Below, piece by piece: positions 36,871 to 49,800 of a stretch of DNA of 64,000 nucleotides. This DNA is from Octopus bimaculoides. Lineage: Eukaryota. The stretch spans positions 16,085,810 to 16,149,809 of the forward strand of contig NC_068982.1 in assembly GCF_001194135.2 (NCBI RefSeq). Direction: 5' to 3'. The notes beneath the pieces were generated by a model that was given only the letters and a program-made list of their open reading frames with translations, made no database searches and was not told the origin of the DNA. Position 1 is the stretch's first letter; each line of letters starts with the position of its first letter. The position numbers were made by a program, and so were the translations under genes.

Positions 36871-38624
36871 CACGAGGGGTAACACTATAAGACAATGATT
36901 TAACCGACATTAACCGCGATGTCATAAATAGCTTGAGACGATTCGGCGGTAAACTGATTTTGGTTAGATCTTATCCACTACAGTCTAATTCCTTCAATTT
37001 TAGAATAAATATCATCGTAATATTTTGGGGCCTGTAGGGCCGAACAAGTAAAAGAATCTGAAAGCATTTCACGTACTACGTGTAATAATAAATAAAATTA
37101 ATAAGTCATTTTGTGTGAATTTGTCTTAGATTTTGTGGCCACATCGCATGTTAAAGTATCTTTCCATTCCCTATCATTAAATGGCAAAGGTATTGGAAAC
37201 TGCTGCGGGTAATAATTTGGATGAATAGATTTTATTGCCTGAAGTGAATCCTCTATGAGACACCATTTACGTGACCTAATAAGTCGTTTCGGTTACAGGG
37301 TTTCCAAATTATTAACAAGGCATATAATTACTGCGATTCCTTCTACAGTGGGTGGATTGCATCTTTGGACACTCAATCTATAAAATTGTTTATTTTCAAG
37401 AATATCCATTGAAAATTAGTGACTATTAACTGTATTCTTCGATATTATCCTAAAACAGTTACAAACTAGTTATCTTGTAACATCATTGCTTCAAATAATT
37501 CCATGAAACGTCTGTCTGGTGTGTTGAAGTACTTGAATCCTTTATGCCCGTCGATATGCCGTAACACATTTCAGCAAAACTCGGTTCTTGATTTCCAGAT
37601 CAACTTAAATTTATAGCTTGTCAATGAGACATTCAATCAATTTTATCAGAACAGATACCGTTTCTGTTTGAATTGAATACTTTAATAGTTCCCACTTCTG
37701 GAAATGTAAAAACCAAATCCCGTTTTGGAATGGATCAGAATCTGTTGATAGTATCACCCGTTTCTTACCACAGCTCAAATTGGACTTCGGGTATGTTTTT
37801 CAACAGCATGAAATCCTATTCTTTAACTAGATATTTCTATCACATTTTCAGCATTTAACATCCCATTGTTGTGTTCCAATCCCTATTCCTTCAATTTCAT
37901 CAATCCTCTTGTGTTTGGAAACAATCTCTCTCGATTCCTTTGTTGTCTAAAGCAACTACTGAAGTCTTTTATCCTTTTTTGCAGTTCTTTACAGGGCCTC
38001 TCCTACTTTTGCCTATTTTTCCCTTTATGGTTTTTGATCTATAATTTCATTTACCTTTGCATTAGTCATTCCTCTTCTGTTAAATTCTCACATTTTTCCC
38101 CTTTGAATATCTACCCAGGAATTGTAAGCTACGATAGACACTCCCTTTCGTTCGTACCGCTTTTCTTTTCAGTTGTTGCCATTGTTATATTCTCCCTATT
38201 TTTCCACATTGTTATTCATAAAATAATATCTCCCGCACCGAAATTGAGAAAGACGTAACTTTCTGTTTACGGTGATTAAAAAAATGAAATACAGAAAAGT
38301 CAAAGCATTAACTGCAACTTAGGAAATGGATAGCTTTGACATTTCTATGTATAGATGTGTGTATGTGTGTGTGCGAGCGAGCGAACGTGATATTATTGAA
38401 AAGTCTATTCTGCATACAAAACCAAAAGAAACTAACAATGAAATATTTATTAGTTCCATTCTCCTTACGAAATTAATGAAGACGATATATCAACATGGCA
38501 AAAATAAAATATAGAAATTTGAAAGCTTACATTGAAATTTAACATGTATTGTATTCTTATTTCTATTTCTTCAGATTTATCAATCGTCTTTGCGCAAGTA
38601 ATATTATTGGATATTTCATATATA

Positions 38625-38992
38625 CGCGTGGCTGTACGATAAGAACCTTGCTTCTACACCACATGGTTCCGGGTTCGGTCTCACTACGTGGCGCCTTGGG
38701 CAAGTGTCTTCTGTTATAGCCAACCAAAGCCTTGTGAGTGGATTTGGTAGACGGAAACTGAAAGACCGTCGAATATATAGACGTGTATATGTATGTGTGT
38801 GTTTTTGTCCCGCATTCACTGCTTGACAACCAGTGTTGGTGTGTTTACGTCCCCGTAACTAAGGGGATCGGCAAACGCGACCGATATGATGAGTATTAGG
38901 CTTTAAAAAGTTCAGGGATCGATTTGTTCGGCTAAAATCCTTGAAGGTGGTGCTCCAGCATAGTCGTAGTCAAATGACAGACAAGTGAAACA
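38625..38992 (+). mobile_element. Family C SINE
   Basis: cgtggctgtacgataag...gccttgtgagtggatttggtagacgg...gctccagcatagtcgtagtc. Confidence 0.92.
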
Positions 38993-39279
38993 ATATAGGT
39001 ATACATACGTACATCCATACATATATACAAGCATACATGTATGTCTTTCTCTCTCTTTCCTTCTGTGTACACACATACACACACACGACAAATCGCGGAT
39101 TTGGCGTGGGAGATTATTCATCGAAAACACGATGAGTACTATCTCCACCTTGGAGCCACAACTATCAGCCTCGTTAAATAACTGGTTAATCTTCAGATGA
39201 ATTAACTGAAGAAGCCTTTTATTCACGATCGTAGTGATTTTCAACTGAAACTTGAATTTAGCATGCAGAGAGTTACTAC

Positions 39280-40868
39280 AAACAACATGGCTGGACACAA
39301 CAACAACACACTCGAGGAACAGAACGAAAGCAACAGCTCACCAGGTAAACAAATTCTTTCTAGCTGTAGTTATAGCAGAAACCGTAACTACAAAACTCAT
39401 TTCTCTTTGAGTTACGAATTGAATGATATATTTAACTGCTACAATAAAAGTGAAACAAGACCCCACTGTTGGCCCGTATGAAACAATGGAAATCATATTG
39501 GGACGATCTGCATCCAGAATTAAATCATTTTACTGCGAAGCAACTGCGCCAACCAGCAACATTTGTAGAACATAGAAAGGTTAGTAACTGTAACTTTATT
39601 AAAAAAAAAAAAAAATTTAACGTTCTTTCAAGCTCTATAAACAAAAACGTGACTGATGTAAGACCACCACATGGTTTCGCAGCTAGCGACATTCCAACAG
39701 ATTCCATAGTGCCTGCCAGCCAAACTACATTACTGGCTCAAGTAACTGACCACTGTCCCCCTGATACGACTATGGTAAATAGCAACGATTATTATTATTG
39801 TAGTAGCAGTCAGGATTATATTCCGATGAAATGTGCCCTTAGTGAAATTTTCCGAGAAAAAGTAACTTTGGCTTTGAAGGACTCTCTCGAGAATAGAGAA
39901 CTCTCGACTAAAGTAAGTAAAAAAACCCACCAGATACAGTATTAATAGCTGTTAAAATTGGTGATGAGTATTTACAACAGTGTGATGAACCCATATACTA
40001 GCAGATTAACGCCTGTCTATACGCTCTGGCCACTACTGTAAAACAGTACATAAATGATATTCAAAAAGTAAACAAAACCGAAATAACAAAGAAAATACCA
40101 TCATGGGGTTTGAAGACAGAAAAAAAGATAACTGGTTTACGGAAGTCCATCAGTCATGTAATGATGCTTATTGCGTGCAAACAAGCAAATCACTATACGT
40201 CCTACCAACAGAAAGTAAAGAAGGAGATAGAAATGATGTTTGGAGACAGCGAAAAGTGGACACTCACTTGCAAACTGATTACCCCCAAGCAGGAGCTGAA
40301 AGCTGTCAGTGAAAAACTCCAGCATCAGAAGAAAATAACCGAGAGAAGAATAAACAAAACAATTTAACCGCAACCAGGTAGCAATATACAGTGACATGGG
40401 AGGAAGAGCGATAAATATTACGGAAACTCCTTAACGAGAAGACACTCCTTCTAGAAGAAAATCTGGAGTGAAGAGAAGGAATTTAACCAAGATGCTCTGA
40501 GGCTAGAAGAAATCCGAAAAAGTTATTGCTCCTGCGTTACATCCCAGAAACTCCAGGATAGAAAAGCACTTTGAAGAGACTTGATTGTTGTATATTGGTA
40601 TAAGAAGCTAACATTCTACCGACCGTACCTTATCGGACTGTACCAGCACGCTTTCATTGGGAACAGTAGCATACCACACTGGCTAGATCTGGCAGAAACA
40701 AAATTAATCCCCAACTACAGAATCACCCACATGGCAAAAAAACTACCGGCCATTTGCATGGCAGATCAATGTATAAGATATATACAGCATGTTTAAACCT
40801 GTTCCTCCAAGACTATAGTGAAACAAAAAACATTATCACAGCATAACAAGCAGCTGGGAAGAAGAGAG
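39280..40868 (+). pseudogene. R4/Dong-type LINE 5' ORF to start of RT, decayed
   Basis: MARMKQWKSYWDDLHPELNHFTAKQLR; LYALATTVKQY; LIVVYWYKKLT..P.WL...TKLIP; NYRP; QAAGK. Confidence 0.85.
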
Positions 40869-40869
40869 T

Positions 40870-41319
40870 CTTAAACTCTCTGGGATGCCACCTCATAACT
40901 TGACACTAAAGCTAGGTGCTTCCATTATGTTGCTTAAGAATCTTGACCCACCTCGCCTCTGTAATGGAACTTGCTTAATTGTTACTTCCATGAAGCCCCA
41001 TGTCCTACAAGCAACAATCATAACATGTAGTCACAAGGGCGAAGATGTTTTTATTTCAAAAATTCCTCTCATACCTACAGATGTTCCATTTGAATTTAAG
41101 ACGCTCCAGTTTCAAGTCAAACTAAATTTTGGTATTTCAATTAACAAATCTCAAGGTCAATACCCCAAGGTAGTCGGACTTCATCTCTCTACATGCATCT
41201 CCCACGACCAACACTGTGTTGCTTGCTCACGAGCTGAAAGTAGCAACAATTTATTCATTTGGACACCACCAACAAATTTCACAATGAATATTGTTTACCC
41301 TGAGGTGCTTCAAGAATGA
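40870..41319 (+). pseudogene. Helitron PIF1-like helicase C-terminus (144-aa open frame)
   Basis: MPPHNLTLKLG..IMLLKNLDPPRLCNGT...KIPLIPTDVPFEFK.LQF.VKL.F..SINKSQGQ...NIVYPEVL. Conserved residues are degraded (SHDQHCVA versus SHGQLYVA). Confidence 0.92.
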
Positions 41320-41399
41320 CAGATTTTCAGCTCTAAATTCTATTCACATTACAATTTAGATATTTAAAAAATAAAATATAAATATTTGGAACACTCTGC

Positions 41400-41605
41400 C
41401 ATGGGATACACCTAATGTTAAAGAAGATGATGCCACTTGTTATTAACACCACCGTTCTCTCTGGATGTGGAAAAGGAGGAGGTTTTCATACCTAGGATTC
41501 CTCTCATTCCGTCGAGAGCAAAAATTCCTTTTTAATTCAGAAGACTGCAATTTCTTATTCATATCAGCTTTGCGATGTCTATCAATATATCCCAGAGACA
41601 AATGG
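41400..41605 (+). pseudogene. Second, divergent Helitron helicase fragment
   Basis: Frameshifted GCGKGEEVFIPRIPLIP..F*FRRLQF...SFAMSIN.SQ. Confidence 0.8.
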
Positions 41606-41639
41606 AGAACAGCCGAAATTTATTCAAGTGAGAGGGTGC

Positions 41640-41925
41640 AAAGTTAAAACTGACGCCACCAACGGAGGTGACAACAAACAAGGAACTGACGACAGTGGTG
41701 TGCAGAACCCTGTCACTATTAGCTAGAAAGATAGCAATGGCGATAGACGTTGAAGAATGTCTGAATAAGTTGAGCGATAAAGTCGAATTTTCCTGTAGAG
41801 GCAGGAAATTTGGAACGGTGGAGGTGCGCTTCTCGACTTTCAGCTGCCTTACAACCTCCGCAACACTTTCGCGTTTCGCTACTGCTGCGTAACTGCCGGC
41901 ACGCACTTGCTCTTCCTCCATTGTA
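41640..41925. pseudogene. Two convergent Tx1-like ORF1 N-terminal fragments
   Basis: Plus: KVEFSCRGRKFGTVEVRF, similar to the 33.3-34.8 kb element. Minus: MEEEQVRAGSYAAVAK. Confidence 0.65.
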
Positions 41926-42559
41926 GCTTTTTCCCCCCACTAGGAGAGAAAAACCACGAAGCAAAAGCAAAACAATCTTACAATTCAAACAAGCAACAGG
42001 CACCCCGCTAGGGAGGATCTTCAACAAAGGATAACTATCCGTAACACAAAATTTCAAAAACTTCGGCTTAAACCTTGTTAACCATCTTAAGACAACTGGA
42101 TTGCTGATAATTAGAGATATTTTTTTTTTTTTACCCACAGGGGGGGGGGGGGCTCACACAGACGGGACAATACAATACATGCTGAGACATATAACAATTA
42201 AAAATATGAATGAAAATGTTCCACCTACCTTATCTCAGCAGCATCGCTTACTTCTTCCCTTCCTTTTAAATCCAGTTCCCGTTTACTCCCTCGAATCTCT
42301 TCCCCCGTTCCTCATTATATATACAGTCCATCACACTATGTATGCAGAATGTTAGTGGGAACAGTCTAAAAATTCATGTGATATTTGTGATTTATAATTT
42401 ACAATGATCGTTAACTTATACATAGAAGGTTAATAGGTTCGAATGCGACGCTAAACTCGTGAATTACTAAGATGCCAAAGTATAAAGAATTTAACGCCTA
42501 AACTCTAAGTTGATCAAGTCTAACCAAAGTGGAAGAATTCATTATTTTATTAAGGTAAG

Positions 42560-43260
42560 TCGACGTTCATAGGATCGAATTCTATCCTTTCTACTTTTTA
42601 AAAAACTTAAATGTAGCTAAATATTTATGCCTACATGCAATTATAACTCACACCTTCCAGTATACGTTTTATATGGGTTGGTTTCCGTTATGATCGACCA
42701 GTCTAATGTAAATTCCTAATCTTGCATTTTTGATTTGTCAATATATGTAGCCAGCGCTGTTGCATTTTTGTTCCTGAGTTCAATGATGAGCTGATGTGTC
42801 CTCTCTAGTTTTGAAATTTGTGGTACTTCCTATGTAATCTTTCTTAGGTTGATTGGCAGTTAAGACCTCAGTCTTGTATACTACCTTGTTCCTTAGACTG
42901 GAACTCCCTAATGAACATAAATTGCGGTTCTGACAATTGCAGGCTTTATTTCGGTTGTTCATCCCTGTGCGTTCTTTATTTATGTTATTATTAATCCTAC
43001 TCGTATTGGGGCTACCTATATTCCCGTAATTCCCAAGCTTAAATCTATTGTTCCCTGTGATTATCGATCCTAAATTTATGGTCCTATGTGCCATAAATAC
43101 CGTTCTATCTTTAATAGATCCTGTCTAAAACTTTCATACTCAACTACGCCTAGTTTAGGATCGATAATATCTTTAATTATCAGCAATCCAACTGTCTTAT
43201 ATAGTTAACCAGGTTTAACCCGAAATTTGAGCCCTCGTTTTATTTTATTCTTACAAATAT
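42560..43260 (-). pseudogene. Penelope-like element, GIY-YIG region
   Basis: NLGSIITGNN...ACNCQNRNLCSL..SSLRNKVVYKTEV....KDYIGSTTNFKTR; KNATALATYI; EFTLDWSIITETNPY....RCEL. Partial inverted copy at ~41990-42118. Confidence 0.88.
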
Positions 43261-44164
43261 TTAAAATTTTATTTCATTCGTACAAATGTTTTACTTCACA
43301 AATTTTTCCACTTCACAAAGCTTTTCTATATCCTTGCGAACTTTTTTTAAAATTACTGTAGCATTAAAAATAAAAAAATACTAGAACATCTTTTAAAAAA
43401 TATATAACACTGCTCGCTACGACTTCAAGTTCTGTAAGTAAGAGATATTTTAAGCTTTCTTAATTTTTAAACTATTTAAATCGAGTTATTTGTACCTCTG
43501 ATGAGNNNNNNNNNNNNNNNNNNNNNNNNNNNNNNNNNNNNNNNNNNNNNNNNNNNNNNNNNNNNNNNNNNNNNNNNNNNNNNNNNNNNNNNNNNNNNNN
43601 NNNNNNNNNNNNNNNNNNNNNNNNNNNNNNNNNNNNNNNNNNNNNNNNNNNNNNNNNNNNNNNNNNNNNNNNNNNNNNNNNNNNNNNNNNNNNNNNNNNN
43701 NNNNNNNNNNNNNNNNNNNNNNNNNNNNNNNNNNNNNNNNNNNNNNNNNNNNNNNNNNNNNNNNNNNNNNNNNNNNNNNNNNNNNNNNNNNNNNNNNNNN
43801 NNNNNNNNNNNNNNNNNNNNNNNNNNNNNNNNNNNNNNNNNNNNNNNNNNNNNNNNNNNNNNNNNNNNNNNNNNNNNNNNNNNNNNNNNNNNNNNNNNNN
43901 NNNNNNNNNNNNNNNNNNNNNNNNNNNNNNNNNNNNNNNNNNNNNNNNNNNNNNNNNNNNNNNNNNNNNNNNNNNNNNNNNNNNNNNNNNNNNNNNNNNN
44001 NNNNNNNNNNNNNNNNNNNNNNNNNNNNNNNNNNNNNNNNNNNNNNNNNNNNNNNNNNNNNNNNNNNNNNNNNNNNNNNNNNNNNNNNNNNNNNNNNNNN
44101 NNNNNNNNNNNNNNNNNNNNNNNNNNNNNNNNNNNNNNNNNNNNNNNNNNNNNNNNNNNNNNNN

Positions 44165-44464
44165 ATTTAAACTCAGAACGTAGCGGCAGACGAAACACCG
44201 CTAAGCATTTCGCCCGGCCTGCTAACGATTCTTATTTCTGTATTGCCCTCAAGGGGCTAAACACAGAGGGGACAAACAAGGACAAACAAAGGTATTAAGT
44301 CGATTACATCGACTCCAGTGCGTAACTGGTACTTAATTTATCGACCCCGAAAGGATGAAAGGCAAAGTCGACCTCGGCGGAATTTGAACTCAGAACGTAA
44401 CGGCAGACGAAACACCTCTAAGCATTTCGCCCGGCGTGCTAACGATTCTGCCAGCTCGCCGCTT
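44165..44464 (-). mobile_element. Family D SINE dimer (junction 44231/44232), cut by the gap
   Basis: Same architecture as 10448-10873. Confidence 0.92.
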
Positions 44465-44589
44465 TCTATGTAGGACATATTAAAAGTGATATAGACTGAG
44501 AGCATGAAATTAGTCCAGCATGGCCGCAGTCAAATGACTGAAACAAGTAAAAGAATAAATGAGGAAATGAGTAGGGTTCGAATCCTGCT

Positions 44590-46324
44590 GTGAGGAAAGA
44601 GAGAGAAGCAACGTGATAAAGTTTATCATTCTGGAGCAGTCGGTGAAAGGAAGTGCTGTTTGGAAAATGTGAAGAACCCAGAGGTGCGTAAGTTTTGAGG
44701 GAAAAGATGAGCTTCTGTTCCTACTCGAAGCGGGTGGTAGAAAATCCGCTGCTGGATTTTCCCCAGTCGGATGTCTATGAACTGGTGAAGTTCATATATG
44801 TCGGGAACGCATTTGACTTGTGAAAAGGCATTCGAAAATTTCTCGCTTTAGCTGAAAAGTGTTAAAAAGCACTAAAGCCAGTCCAAAGCTAGTCCACAGC
44901 TCCCGCCCCACGAATTGCAAGGTACTTTTCTAGCTTCTTAGCTGTCTTCAGTATCAAATACGAAGAGAGGTATGTATGCATGCATATGTGTGTGTGTGTG
45001 TGTGTGTGTATGTGCGTGTATGTGTGTGCGTGAGTGATGGTATGTCTCGAAAATTGTGTGGATTGAATTCCTCGTTGGCAGTTTTCTAGTATGTCACTAC
45101 TAATTTAAGTGGTCAAGTTTTTAACCTTATTTCGCAGTAGGCGTGACATTAGAATCCCGCAGGCGATGTTATAGCTCTTTCTGTCTTCTATATTATATGT
45201 ATATGTATGTCTGTGTGTGCGTTGTATAAGGTCAATAGATATCAAATTGACTACAGAACGAACAAATTTTAATAAATATGGTTTGAGGAGTTAGTCCTTC
45301 GGAAGTTAGTCCTTCGGAAGTTAGTCCTTCATCAGAAAGAAAATAAAAAGTGAAATATTGGGAGAGGAAGGGAGATAGAAATTGTGAAAGTATAAAAGAA
45401 ACATAATTGCAAAATATTTTTTAAATGATTTGGAAGGTCACAGGAGATTTGGAAGGTCACAGGGGGAAGGCAAGGTGTTATAAACTTGAGAATTGCTGTT
45501 TTATGGAGCAGCTGAGAGGGGAGGAAATGTCAGATATGTAGATGCTAGTGTCAGAATATATCTGTATCTGAAAGGGGTCATAAGGGAGTGCATTTGTTTT
45601 GGTAAGTTGTATGTACGTGCATAGATGTGTGCAAGAATGGAAGTATGGCGGTGCTGGTTGGCGAGGTTATTGATGTGTAAGGATGTAAAAGCGTGTGAGA
45701 GTATGGAAATAGAGGTGTTGAATAGGATGGCAAAAGCAAGGTGGACGATGTTAATTATGTGTGAGCAAGTGGATAAACAAAAGCTTGTGGGGATAGAAAA
45801 TTGCCTTTTCATTGCGTGCTGGTTTGAAGAAATAATAGGGAAGTGTAAGAGAGGTTCGAGATGTTAAATTTTGAAAGCGAGGAAAAACTGTTTGAGATGC
45901 TGAATTCCAAGTGAAAAGAAAATTCGAAAAATTAGTAAAAAATACAAAATACAAAAAGCCTAAAGAATGGTACAAACTGAGAAGAAAGTGAAATAAACTG
46001 GATGCAAGAATGTAAAAAGAAAAACGTAGTTACACATGTGCTACAAAGAAGAAGGAAGGAAAATGGCTGACGAAAATAGGAGAACAAAAGAGGTCATTTT
46101 TTAGAGAGGAGTGAACACAAGGAAAAAAAAGCGACAGAAGAATGTGAGTCGCGTCTGTGAGAGAAAGGTGTAAACTGGCTATAGAGTGAGTTGTGGTGAA
46201 ACAGAAGCGACAGGTATTATTGCAAGAAAGAAATGGACGTGTCAGTGGTGCGAATCAAAACAAGGAGTGCCGCAATCTAGAAGTATGTATGTATGAAAGT
46301 TCCAGTGATCATGCATTTATGAAT

Positions 46325-46364
<40 letters not shown>

Positions 46365-47290
46365 GAGTAGGTGTGTGTCCGCGTGCCGGTGTGTGCTTCT
46401 CGAAGAGACAAGATAAAAAATGGATAAAGGTATCTGTATGTGTGCCTATAGGTGTGTATAAATGAATGTGTGAACGTGCTGGTGGGGGGATCGAAAGAAA
46501 ATCTGTACATGTAGGTGTGTATGTAGAAACTGGATATGTGGAGGATGTGCGTAAGTATGAGAGTAAGAGGGATAAAGTGTGGTAGTGAAAGGGGGACAAA
46601 AGTAGAAGGGGATGTGGTTAGCGCTACGATTGTGAGGAAAGAGAAAGAAACAGTGTGATAAAGTTTTTCATTTTGGAGCAGTCGGTGAAGGGAAGTGCTG
46701 CTTAGAAAATGTGAAGAATCCAGGGGTGCGTAAGTTTTGAGGTAAAAGATGAGCTTCTGTTCCTTCTCGAAGCGGGTGGTAGAAAATCCGGTGCTGGATT
46801 TTCCCCAGTCGGATGTCTATGAGATTTTCAAGAATAACCATTGAAAATTAATGACTATTAACAATATCTACGTATTCTTCGAAGGGAAGTGCTGTTTAGA
46901 AAATGTGAAGGGCTGAATTTAAACCCAGAAGTGCGTAAGTTTTGAGGAAAAAGATGAGCTCCTGTTTTTCTCGAAGCAGGTAGTAGGAAATCCGGTGCTG
47001 GATTTTCCCCTGTCAGATATCTATGAGATTTCCTGCGAATCTGTCGGACTGTCGGTGGCTAGTAGGTTTAAAGAAACAGAAGTGGAGAAGGTGGGGATAG
47101 GTTGGTCGACATACAGTAACGTCGAGGGAATTAAGGGAGGTAGTAGAAATATAGGAATAAAAGGAGCAAACGAAAGAGAGAGAAGAATTTAACCTCTGTG
47201 GTTGTAAAGAATTGGCTTACTTCGGACGCAGGTATGATAGGTTGTTGATTAGAAGTGCTGGTATTTCTAGCATTTCCAGAGACCACGAAG
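44590..47290 (-). pseudogene. Second Penelope lineage: repeated 3'-end units (44590-44790, 46625-46822, 46883-47030), GIY-YIG/RT pieces and an N-terminal piece
   Basis: SDRFAGNLIDI (cf. DRFAEHLRDI); EQKLIFSLKTYAPLG (cf. EQ.LIF.L.TL.P.G); NSLDVTV; FSFHLEF near 45900. Confidence 0.7.
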
Positions 47291-47523
47291 AGGTTCCGTT
47301 GAGTGGTTCTTAGTTGTTTTAGAGAGTGTGTATGCGTGAGAGAGAGAGAGAGAGAGAGGAAAAGAGAGAGTTGAGCTCGTCTGTGTATGTATGTAGGTAT
47401 GTATGTATGTAGGTATGTATGTATGTGTGTGTATATAGGTGTGTGTGTGTGTGCGTGATACATGTATGTGTGTGTATTCTAACACACATACGAACACATT
47501 TGCATATGGTGTGTGTATGTATA

Positions 47524-47559
<36 letters not shown>

Positions 47560-47971
47560 CATACACACATTACACACATATGTGGAATAAACCTTAAATT
47601 GTATATTTTATTGTCTATTTAAACAACCGTTCTTTTGAAAATTGACAATTTTTCTATTTCATCTAACAATGTTGTTATATTTATCAATGCAAACGAAGTC
47701 CATTATACTTTTCGAGATACGATAATAGAAATAAGAATATATATATATATATATATATACACGAAAGAAAACATTGCCAAACAATGTGTATGGTTGGTTA
47801 GAATATCAATAATTCTAACTTTAAATAAATTGTGAGAACGTACAATGATATGAAAGTAAATAAGTGGGGAAAAATGCGTTAACATAAACTGAAATACCAG
47901 ATATGTTTCCAATTAGTTTCTATATTATGTTAAATAATTCAAAGATAACTGTTCATTTGTTTGAACTAATA

Positions 47972-48010
<39 letters not shown>

Positions 48011-48681
48011 CAGTCACCAACGCTTATACTTCGCTACCGTTTTATTTTTTCCTCCTCTTTCTGGTTCTTTGCCTTTCGCTCGTATGTGATAAATATAGTG
48101 TTGAAGCGACATCAAATTTCCTGGTGACATTCATAACGACCACGTTATACAGATTAACATCGGAGAGTGCCGTTCGTCTTCCCTGTCAAGATAAGCTTTA
48201 GAAAATAAATATTTTATTGATTATATAAGCTACCAGTTGTATGTGTATATAAACCTCAACATATATCACATAAGGTTCATAGATAATTTTGTCGCAGTTT
48301 AACCTTTGGCAGTTAAGCTACTCTACAACTAACGTAGTCAAAGTATCACGCCTAAACTCTTTGTTTATGGCGTGCAAGAGTACACGATTGGGATTTAAAT
48401 ATAAACTGTATAAATATATACGATAAGCTTTCTAACATGTTTTCCAACGGGATATTAGCATTGAATTTAATACTGGACTTTGTTAGAGACGAGCAGAATC
48501 GGCTAATTGTTACAGGAGTTAACACGTATCAGCCATTCTTATGTGATATGTCATGAGGTTAAAATAAAAATAAGCATTTATAAGCAAAGTTTGACAGGAA
48601 AAGGCATCAGGCACTTTGTGGTGCAAACAGTAACGCGGTCGCCTAAAATACGATCTCTCCTGCTTTCTCTCTCTCTCCCTA

Positions 48682-48733
<52 letters not shown>

Positions 48734-49297
48734 NNNNNNNNNNNNNNNNNNNNNNNNNNNNNNNNNNNNNNNNNNNNNNNNNNNNNNNNNNNNNNNNNNN
48801 NNNNNNNNNNNNNNNNNNNNNNNNNNNNNNNNNNNNNNNNNNNNNNNNNNNNNNNNNNNNNNNNNNNNNNNNNNNNNNNNNNNNNNNNNNNNNNNNNNNN
48901 NNNNNNNNNNNNNNNNNNNNNNNNNNNNNNNNNNNNNNNNNNNNNNNNNNNNNNNNNNNNNNNNNNNNNNNNNNNNNNNNNNNNNNNNNNNNNNNNNNNN
49001 NNNNNNNNNNNNNNNNNNNNNNNNNNNNNNNNNNNNNNNNNNNNNNNNNNNNNNNNNNNNNNNNNNNNNNNNNNNNNNNNNNNNNNNNNNNNNNNNNNNN
49101 NNNNNNNNNNNNNNNNNNNNNNNNNNNNNNNNNNNNNNNNNNNNNNNNNNNNNNNNCTCTACCGTTGTGCTATATAATGGGGTGGAAGTAAGGGATATAT
49201 ATATATATGGGAGAATATACAAAAAATAACAACAGACGAGGACAGGTGGTGTAAATAACAAAAGTATATATTAGTATGACGCTCGGGAATACGGAAA

Positions 49298-49363
<66 letters not shown>

Positions 49364-49611
49364 TTAGTAGCGTACGGTTTACACTTCAGCTATCGAAGAT
49401 ATTCATAAAACTCAGAATAGTAACAGAATAATATTAGCACTATAATAATTATTCTCTACTTCTATATTTATTTCTCTCTCCTGTCTGTAAATTCAAACGT
49501 GCATAACACACACAAACACTCACACGCGAATGCGCATATTTGAAGACACAATACATCTGTCTGTATAGATAGATAGACAGATAAATTAGCATTCGTGAGG
49601 ATTGATATTGG

Positions 49612-49800
49612 TTTCAAGTTTTGGCACAAGACCAGCAATATCAGGGGAGGGGTACTCAGCTGGTGCTTAATTTATCGACTGAGGAAGGACGAAAAGCAAA
49701 GTCGACCTCAGCGGAATTTGAACACAAAACGTAAAAAAACGGACGAAATGTGGCTAAGTATTTTGACTGGCGTGCTGACGATTTTGCCAGCTCACTGCCT
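49612..49800 (-). mobile_element. Family D SINE
   Basis: ttttggcacaagaccagc...gtcgacctcagcggaatttgaac...gccagctcactgcc. Confidence 0.88.

Noticed and set aside
37080-38260. Possible Helitron or LINE ORF1 remnant on the minus strand
   Set aside because: Only weak, conflicting motif resemblances; left unclassified.
40581-41319. Functional RT-helicase fusion gene
   Set aside because: Both parts are truncated, with stops, frameshifts and degraded catalytic motifs.
43476-49261. Long track ORFs of 190-265 aa (also 14043-14578 and 32620-33174)
   Set aside because: Composed mostly of N-gap translation.
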